From positions 1,770,001 to 1,802,000 of the forward strand of contig NC_017459.1 in NCBI RefSeq assembly GCF_000237865.1: a stretch of 32,000 nt of DNA, given 5' to 3'. The DNA comes from Haloquadratum walsbyi C23. GTDB taxonomy: Archaea > Halobacteriota > Halobacteria > Halobacteriales > Haloferacaceae. The position numbers and the translations under genes are program-made. The notes beneath the pieces are model-generated. The model was not told the origin of the DNA, did no database searches, and saw only the letters and a list, made by a program, of their open reading frames with translations. Below are positions 26,101 through 32,000 of this stretch, piece after piece (the stretch's first letter is position 1; each line of letters starts with the position of its first letter).

Positions 26101-26808
26101 TCATGCTGTCTCATCGTCGGTGTCTGCCAGTGAAACGCGCGCTGTGAGCCATCGTCGAGCGGCGGCAACTGCCTCAGGATCAGTGCTTGTTAGTTTTACT
26201 CGAACACAGTCACCTGGATAGCTTCCGACTGTCACTGCAAACTGCTCTCGTAAATCTGCAATCCGATCAATTAATTCACTTTCATATTCGTCAATTGCAA
26301 CAATTTCTGTTACTGTCTGCTCGCCTGAGAACTCCGCCGCAACAGATTCAAACATAGCTTGCATCTCTGCTGGGACCCCCGGAAACGCATATATCGATTC
26401 AACAACTGCGCCGGGAGCAACACCGACTTCATTCGGCAGCATTCGTGCACGGGCTGGAAGCGCAGTTGTCCCATCAGCAAGGTCATCGGAAGCATACCCT
26501 TTCTCAGCGCTTAGCCACTCTTTGGCAGCATCATGCGGTTCAACTGATCGACCGACAGCCGCGGCAATTCCTTCCATCGTGACATCATCATGCGTCGGTC
26601 CTAATCCACCAGTTACGATTACTGCATCACATTCTGCATGGTACTCATTCACAACACGAGCGATATCGCTAACAGTATCAGGAACGGTTGTTATACGCTC
26701 AACAGTAACACCGTGATCTGTCAATTGTTCACAAAGCCATGCAGCGTTTGTGTTGATAGTGTCCCCAGCCAAAATTTCGTCTCCAACTGTGACGACTGCC
26801 ACGCGCAT
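26101..26808 (-). CDS. Molybdopterin-binding (MoCF_biosynth) domain protein, CinA N-terminal-like (COG1058)
   Basis: MRVAVVTVGDEILAGDTINTNAAWLCEQL...AVIVTGGLGPTHDDVTMEGIA...PNEVGVAPG...FPGVPAEM. The track start at 26862 is a GTG. Confidence 0.85.
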   Translation of the reverse strand: MRVAVVTVGDEILAGDTINTNAAWLCEQLTDHGVTVERITTVPDTVSDIARVVNEYHAECDAVIVTGGLGPTHDDVTMEGIAAAVGRSVEPHDAAKEWLSAEKGYASDDLADGTTALPARARMLPNEVGVAPGAVVESIYAFPGVPAEMQAMFESVAAEFSGEQTVTEIVAIDEYESELIDRIADLREQFAVTVGSYPGDCVRVKLTSTDPEAVAAARRWLTARVSLADTDDETA

Positions 26809-26899
26809 GTATTTAATAGCAATGAGGTATACAAAAGAGACTCGGGAGTCAGAATTCAGCACTTACAGATGAATATTACCTATAATCGTGAACAGGTCA

Positions 26900-27706
26900 T
26901 TATCCCATTCCAGGCGGAGGACCATCATCAAATTCATCATCATCATCGGTTTCGACTTCGAGACCCATTTCAGTTCGCTGAGCACGTAACCGCTGGATTT
27001 GCTGTCGATATCGTAATAATCCACCGAGACCGACGAGTAGTACAAACGCAGCAATCCCACCAAATACATACAGATCGCGCTGGAGATAGAATCGGACGGA
27101 AACGATTTCAGTGCTTTCATCAATATTTGCCCACTGAAGATGTAATCGATCTTCAGTATCGATCTCTGTTTCATATCCGCCAGGTGAAGCCGTCCCGAAG
27201 ACCGGAATATCGATACGGCGGTTTGGAGGTAGGATAATTTCATAGCTGCCGTCAGCATATGTTGGGAGGCTGAATCGCTTACGACTCCCACCACTTGTAA
27301 ACGCGATTTTACCCGTTTCGTCAGGGGCGTCTGATGGAAGTTCAATTATCGTCTCAGCCTGTGTTTGTCGAATTTCACCACCTCGCTCTCGGATCTCTGT
27401 ACCAGTGATTATTTCACCACCAGGATATCGATAACGCACAGCAGAGATTGATAATGGATTTGTCCCCCCGAATCCATCATTACGGAAGAGCTGGATTGAT
27501 GAGTCATTGACCGTAATAATGGTTCGAAATTTGGTGTTCTCTTGGATTGTAATGTGTGTGCTTCGGTCGTTCGTCCATTCATACGACTCAGCTGGCTCAC
27601 TATCAATCTCCTCAGCAGGGATTGGACCAGTCCCAATTCCGAGACATCCACTCAGTACCCCAAGGAATGCAAGTGCACAAACCGCGAGAAGGAGTCGTCT
27701 GTTCAT
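26900..27706 (-). CDS. Haloarchaeal lipoprotein with a C-terminal TM anchor and acidic tail (possibly DUF5803-type; family name from memory)
   Basis: The signal peptide plus lipobox reads MNRRLLLAVCALAFLGVLSGC. The C-terminal TM segment is VFGGIAAFVLLVGLGGLL, followed by ETDDDDEFDDGPPPG. Confidence 0.75.
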   Translation of the reverse strand: MNRRLLLAVCALAFLGVLSGCLGIGTGPIPAEEIDSEPAESYEWTNDRSTHITIQENTKFRTIITVNDSSIQLFRNDGFGGTNPLSISAVRYRYPGGEIITGTEIRERGGEIRQTQAETIIELPSDAPDETGKIAFTSGGSRKRFSLPTYADGSYEIILPPNRRIDIPVFGTASPGGYETEIDTEDRLHLQWANIDESTEIVSVRFYLQRDLYVFGGIAAFVLLVGLGGLLRYRQQIQRLRAQRTEMGLEVETDDDDEFDDGPPPGMG

Positions 27707-27839
27707 GTTATTAGTCTCATTTTATATCTGCCGTATTGGCACGCTTAGAGATGTAATTGAAACGGGGCATGTCGGCATGCAGAGAGTACACAGTATTAAT
27801 CCTCCGCTCGAGTCCAACTGTATATAACACACGTTATGT

Positions 27840-28748
27840 TCAGGTAAGGACGCATTTCAATTCTGCGCGTATATATGATCCAATACTTGCAATTAATCCA
27901 GGAGGGTCGGTATCTTCTGTGCAAATAACACTTTGTTCAAGTAATCCAAGCCGGTCTACAGTTACAATATCGTCAGCATGACCAGCGCGATTAATTGTTG
28001 CTCGGACCTCTCCACGCGTTGCACTATTTACATTCACACGACCGGCACCTGTTTCTCGCGTCCACTCATACAATTTATCGCGGGTTGAGTCAGCCAATCG
28101 TGGTGTTTCACCAGCCATAAATCGAAGCGGCGTGTGCTGGACAATACCAAATCGGTCACGGACCTGTGTTGGTGATCCCTGTCCAAGTCCAAGTTCAGAG
28201 GCGGGAATCATGACATATTCACCCCCAACGTCAAGTGTCCATCCGCTTTCATCCCATGAATCAAGTGTCCCAATGTATATCTCCCCATCAGTTCGTTCTG
28301 TAGATGCGTGAATTTCTCCCCATGTCTCTGCAAGGAGATTTGATGCAGCCGTTGCATCTGCTCCAGTGAGCGTGACATGAATGAATGCGTCATCACGAAT
28401 ATCAATACCCCAGGAAACAGTGAGTTCGCCAATATCATTCTCGATCAGTGATTCCATGCTATCAAGCGCACGATCGCGGGCACTACCGTCGATATAACAC
28501 TTTGTTCCAAGAATGACGTTGGCACGGTCAGTGTCAGTGTCGGTGTCGGTGTTAGTGCTAGTGTCAGGGCTATCGTGGGATTTGGCATTACTTTGATCTG
28601 CTGTTTGTATATTCTCTGTAGGATTATCTAGTGATGAATCAGTCGAGTTCGAGTTGGAATTGGAGTTAATATTAGCTCTGACACTGTGATTGAATAGAGA
28701 TTCAGACTGATTTATAGTATCTCTTGAGATGGGGATTTTATTATCCAT
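27840..28748 (-). CDS. DUF2110 family protein with an ~80 aa low-complexity N-terminal extension
   Basis: The core ILGTKCYIDGSARDRALDSMESLIENDIGELTVSWGI...GLGQGSPTQVRDRFGIVQHTPLRF...VNVNSATRGEVRATINRAGHADDIVTVDRLGLLE fits DUF2110. The ATG at 28748-28746 overlaps the tfe stop (ATGA). Confidence 0.8.
   Translation of the reverse strand: MDNKIPISRDTINQSESLFNHSVRANINSNSNSNSTDSSLDNPTENIQTADQSNAKSHDSPDTSTNTDTDTDTDRANVILGTKCYIDGSARDRALDSMESLIENDIGELTVSWGIDIRDDAFIHVTLTGADATAASNLLAETWGEIHASTERTDGEIYIGTLDSWDESGWTLDVGGEYVMIPASELGLGQGSPTQVRDRFGIVQHTPLRFMAGETPRLADSTRDKLYEWTRETGAGRVNVNSATRGEVRATINRAGHADDIVTVDRLGLLEQSVICTEDTDPPGLIASIGSYIRAELKCVLT
28526..28567. repeat. Hexanucleotide microsatellite (GTGTCR)n inside the DUF2110 N-terminal extension
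   Basis: GGTCAGTGTCAGTGTCGGTGTCGGTGTTAGTGCTAGTGTCAGG encodes TNTDTDTDTD on the minus strand. A second tract, GAGTTCGAGTTGGAATTGGAGTT (28645-28668), encodes NSNSNSNS. Confidence 0.75.
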
Positions 28749-29278
28749 CAGACGGTTTGTGTGACACCGACATTGAGTTCACTTTGAAGTGAATCAATCC
28801 GGCGTTCCATCGCATCAATCATCTCTTGATTCTCAATCGGCTCAAGTGGCGCACCTGTTTCAGGACACTGGAATCCAAGTTCCATTGCCTCAGAGAATTC
28901 AAATCGAATCCCAGCCGGTTCTGAAAGATAGAACTCGTGGCTGCGCTCATATTCAAGCCGTTCTTCGAGCGCATCAAGCAGACGGTACATCTCAGATTGA
29001 AGATTCTCTGGGATATTTTCATAGTGAAAAGTCCATAAATACGTAAGCCATCCGGAATCTTCATCACGGACTCGACGGTATGTAGCGAGGTCATTCTCAT
29101 ACAAGATAAATAATGCTCGCCGAACGTCATTGAGTTCAAGCCCGAGTTCCTCAGCAAGTTCTTCATCTGTTACCTCTCCATCCGGCGGAGCTGCCGCGAC
29201 TGGCATCCCAGTGGGTCCAACCAGTTCATGTAGGTACTTCTGAATAACAGGATCGTTTAATAACTCATCAAAGGCCAT
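28748..29278 (-). CDS. tfe: Transcription factor E (TFE alpha, TFIIE-alpha homologue)
   Basis: MAFDELLNDPVIQKYLHELVG...DEELAEELGLELNDVRRALFILYENDLATYRRVRDEDSGWLTYLWTFHYENI has the winged-helix N-terminus typical of archaeal TFE. Confidence 0.9.
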   Translation of the reverse strand: MAFDELLNDPVIQKYLHELVGPTGMPVAAAPPDGEVTDEELAEELGLELNDVRRALFILYENDLATYRRVRDEDSGWLTYLWTFHYENIPENLQSEMYRLLDALEERLEYERSHEFYLSEPAGIRFEFSEAMELGFQCPETGAPLEPIENQEMIDAMERRIDSLQSELNVGVTQTV

Positions 29279-29396
29279 TATCTAATTGTCTGCTATTCAA
29301 TCGTTTTAACCTTGTGGATGAGTGTATCGTTATCGAAGTTGTAAGGCTCAAACCCTGCGTTTCAGGACGGAGAAGGTGTCACCTAGTATCTTGAGC

Positions 29397-29401
29397 AAAA
29401 A
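29397..29401 (-). terminator. Oligo-T (T5) candidate terminator after trm56
   Basis: An A5 run on the plus strand, ~30 nt downstream of the trm56 stop. Confidence 0.25.
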
Positions 29402-29430
29402 TCGCGTCCCTGATTCTCGCATTGAATTGA

Positions 29431-30030
29431 TCAAGACCGCTCCTCAGGTTGTTTTTCAGCACTCATTTCATCTGCCTCTGTTGTTAGCTCAGCATCAACC
29501 ACACGCTTCCCACACGCCTGTGGAACAACAACATGTTCAGCACCAGCCCACTCCTGTTCAAGTTCCTGCCCCATGAAGAGTCGATCAAGAAAAACTGCAA
29601 GCCCTGCAACCTCCGAATGTGGTTGATTTGTTACAGCAATATTCCAGTCTGCCCATTCATACACATCAGATGGGACTTTTTCACCACCGATGATAATAAG
29701 TAATGGCTGATGATGAAGACATGTTTCGCGAATCACCTCCGTAACATCCTGTACGCGCTCTCCATACATCGTGAGATGGATAACTGTCCCTGACCATTCA
29801 CGGATTGTCGTATTCAACCCGTCTGTCCGCTCAACGTCGAATGGACCACCGAATCGAGAGACAATATCTGAAACTGTTTCTGCAGATTGTGTTGCATTAT
29901 CCGGAAATATTACTTGATCTGCACCAAGTGCACGTGCGGTGAGTCCAACATGCGTTGTCATCCGATCATCTCGACCAGGACGGTGTCCGTATCGAAGAAC
30001 GGACACATCATTTTCACAGGACTGTTTCAT
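29431..30030 (-). CDS. trm56: tRNA (cytidine56-2'-O)-methyltransferase (aTrm56, SPOUT)
   Basis: VLRYGHRPGRDDRMTTHVGLTARALGADQVIFPD...LLIIIGGEKVPSDVYEWADWNIAVTNQPHSEVAGLAVFLDRL. The track start at 30042 is a TTG; the ATG at 30030 gives MKQSCEND. Confidence 0.9.
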   Translation of the reverse strand: MKQSCENDVSVLRYGHRPGRDDRMTTHVGLTARALGADQVIFPDNATQSAETVSDIVSRFGGPFDVERTDGLNTTIREWSGTVIHLTMYGERVQDVTEVIRETCLHHQPLLIIIGGEKVPSDVYEWADWNIAVTNQPHSEVAGLAVFLDRLFMGQELEQEWAGAEHVVVPQACGKRVVDAELTTEADEMSAEKQPEERS

Positions 30031-30266
30031 ATCTTCAGACAATCATGACAGAGGTTAACCGCTGTCGGTCACCAGGCCTGATACATTCAGTGAGACCGGT
30101 GTTTTTATTTTTGTTGGATCTCCCGATGTCGATCGTATTTGATAGCGGGGGTGATATATCATCAGTGCTATCAGTATACTTACCTGATGAAATAAATTCG
30201 TGATTAGTTGTCTTGCCTGAGGGATTGAACAGAATACTTAGTAATATGTATATCGACAGGTCATAC

Positions 30267-31352
30267 ATGAATTGTACCGTTATTGGTGGAGGGATCCAAG
30301 GTGTCTCTACTGGAATTATTCTTGAATATCTCGGTCATGAGACAACAATCGTGAGTGATGCATTCGCATATCTCGATGGACCGGACATCCCAACGGTTGC
30401 AACAGATTATGCAGCCGCATCAATTTATCCAGTCCAAATTGCCTCAGAGTATACCGAAGATGAACTCATCAGACGATCAGAATCAACGTTCAAGCCATTT
30501 TATGATACTGAAGGGGTTCCCGTGCGAAAACATAGACATTTCTATATTTATGAGGACTCACATGATGAGTCATTACCAGATCGAATGGGGGTGCAACCGA
30601 TTGAAGAATATAATAAATATACGCCATCGCGGACAGGCTGCGATATTCGCGGAGGCTACACGTGCGAGGAGTACTTTGTCGAAATGCCAGAGTATATTCC
30701 GCAGTTATTCAAAACATATAATCGACTTGGCGGTACATTGACTCAACGAACGCTCACGGCGGCTGATATACCTGATCTTCGTGGCACGGTTTTTAATTGC
30801 TCAGGATATGGAAGTATGGAGCTTTTCGATGATACATCAATGCGAGCGATTAGAGGTCATATTCTCACATTGCCATATGATGGTGAATTCCCGCTTCCAT
30901 TCTCATATACTTATACACCTACTACTGATGAATATGGTCATTATGCATACATGTATCCACGTGAAGACACAGTTCTCTTCGGTGGATCCTATCTAAAGGG
31001 AGATATAATCAACGGGGAATGGGACGGTGAAACACCTAAAAAGCCGATGACCATTGATGGAGAGACGATTCCTGAGCGGATATATACAGTCAATGCGGAT
31101 ATAATGAGTGATCACGATTCTGTGTCACTTGATAAATCCAATGTAAGTGCAAAACAGGGATATCGTCCATACCGGTCTAATGGAATGCGTGTCGAACAGG
31201 ATGCGGATGGAATAATCCACAATTATGGTCACGGTGGGAGCGGCGTATCAATGTCATGGTGGTCAGCAATCAAAGCGGTCAATTATATGACCGATGTCGA
31301 TACCTCTGTGTTATCTTCAATCGCGACTGCAGTCGGACAAACAGCCGAGTGA
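30267..31352 (+). CDS. FAD-dependent oxidoreductase, D-amino-acid-oxidase-like
   Basis: The N-terminal dinucleotide fold is MNCTVIGGGIQGVSTG, and the C-terminal DAO-type motif is HNYGHGGSGVSMSWWSA. The track start at 30213 is a TTG, and an alternative ATG lies at 30246. Confidence 0.75.
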   Translation: MNCTVIGGGIQGVSTGIILEYLGHETTIVSDAFAYLDGPDIPTVATDYAAASIYPVQIASEYTEDELIRRSESTFKPFYDTEGVPVRKHRHFYIYEDSHDESLPDRMGVQPIEEYNKYTPSRTGCDIRGGYTCEEYFVEMPEYIPQLFKTYNRLGGTLTQRTLTAADIPDLRGTVFNCSGYGSMELFDDTSMRAIRGHILTLPYDGEFPLPFSYTYTPTTDEYGHYAYMYPREDTVLFGGSYLKGDIINGEWDGETPKKPMTIDGETIPERIYTVNADIMSDHDSVSLDKSNVSAKQGYRPYRSNGMRVEQDADGIIHNYGHGGSGVSMSWWSAIKAVNYMTDVDTSVLSSIATAVGQTAE

Positions 31353-31438
31353 CGGTGTCGATGAGCCACTTCGGAAAGCATTCTTAGAGGAGAAAGCACT
31401 TGAATGCCGTTACCAGACACAGAGACACACACGTAATT

Positions 31439-32000
31439 ATGGAAACCGAGACAGAGACTGAATCGAAAATAGAAGCAAAAGCAGATAATCATCTTGACAC
31501 TGACGCTGGCATTGATCTTGATATCTCAAAATCTCTTACTCTCCGTAATCAGACAATCGTTGTGACAGGCGGGGCTGGTCTTGTTGGATCACATCTTGCT
31601 GAGCGTCTGAGTAAAGCAAATGACGTAATTATTGCAGATGACCTCTCAAAGGGGACTCGCGATCAGATTCCCGATAATACAGCATTTGTCGAAGCCGACA
31701 TGACGGATTCAAATGAGGTTGAGTCGGTGATTACATCAGATGTTGATATTGTGTTTCATCTCGCTGCATATACAGACACAAACTTTGCAGAACCACGACA
31801 GTTGTTTGAGGAAAATAGTGATATGACATATAATATTCTTGAACAAGCCGCAGCAGTCGGCGTCGATGGTGTTGCGTTCACCTCCTCATCAACTGTTTAT
31901 GGAGAAGCCCCGCGACCAACTCCCGAAGATTATGCTCCACTTGAACCAATTAGTGTGTATGGAGCGTCGAAACTCGCTGATGAGGGACTCTTATCTACAT
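31439..32000 (+). CDS. NAD-dependent epimerase/dehydratase (SDR, UDP-sugar 4-epimerase-like), partial; runs off the window
   Basis: METETETESKIEAK... is followed by VVTGGAGLVGSHL (GxxGxxG) and the catalytic YGASK. The frame has no in-window stop, so it is absent from the ORF track. Confidence 0.85.
   Translation, partial: METETETESKIEAKADNHLDTDAGIDLDISKSLTLRNQTIVVTGGAGLVGSHLAERLSKANDVIIADDLSKGTRDQIPDNTAFVEADMTDSNEVESVITSDVDIVFHLAAYTDTNFAEPRQLFEENSDMTYNILEQAAAVGVDGVAFTSSSTVYGEAPRPTPEDYAPLEPISVYGASKLADEGLLST

Noticed and set aside
1-32000. CRISPR arrays, rRNA and tRNA genes
   Set aside because: I looked for regularly spaced direct repeats and for canonical tRNA/rRNA motifs in all gene-free stretches and saw none. 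The only spaced repeats are the dispersed hairpin and MITE families, which have non-CRISPR spacing. This was a by-eye scan, so a tRNAscan or Infernal run would be more definitive.

Overview
This 32 kb window reads as chromosomal DNA of a halophilic archaeon. Very acidic predicted proteins, Thr/Asp/Asn/Glu-rich low-complexity tails, only moderate GC by eye, long intergenic spacers and dense short repeats fit Haloquadratum walsbyi or a close relative best. That assignment is an inference; no search was run. I support about 27 protein genes, mostly on the minus strand and mostly housekeeping. They are: an IS4/IS50-like transposase cut by the left edge, Mn/Fe superoxide dismutase, a DUF2237 protein, a folP - mptE (archaeal HPPK) - photolyase string, a Cys-rich protein plus TrmJ-like methyltransferase, GatE, a small zinc-finger protein, class II fumarase, BolA, a four-gene Dpp/Opp-type ABC transporter with a fused double ATPase, two hypothetical proteins, a MutY-like glycosylase, a CinA/MoCF-domain protein, a lipoprotein, the archaeal trm56 - tfe - DUF2110 cluster, a D-amino-acid-oxidase-like flavoprotein, and a partial NAD-epimerase cut by the right edge. 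I recognised no rRNA, tRNA or CRISPR array. I did not find a convincing multi-gene novel system; there is no defence-island-like gene set. The more interesting signal is non-genic. (i) A ~57 nt hairpin repeat occurs in 4 full copies, and its substitutions keep base pairing only in the minus-strand RNA. (ii) A ~115 bp MITE-like element with 15 bp terminal inverted repeats occurs in 4 copies. (iii) There are several decayed 3' ends of IS1341-type tnpB genes, three of them sharing the 9-mer TACCCTACC. One of these falsely extends a membrane-protein ORF, and they sit together with a 1.3 kb gene-free relic region. (iv) Hexanucleotide microsatellites encode (Thr-Asp/Thr-Asn)n tracts inside two unrelated genes. 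Many ORF-track starts are TTG/GTG over-extensions. I moved those starts to the first ATG that fits homology and acidic composition.
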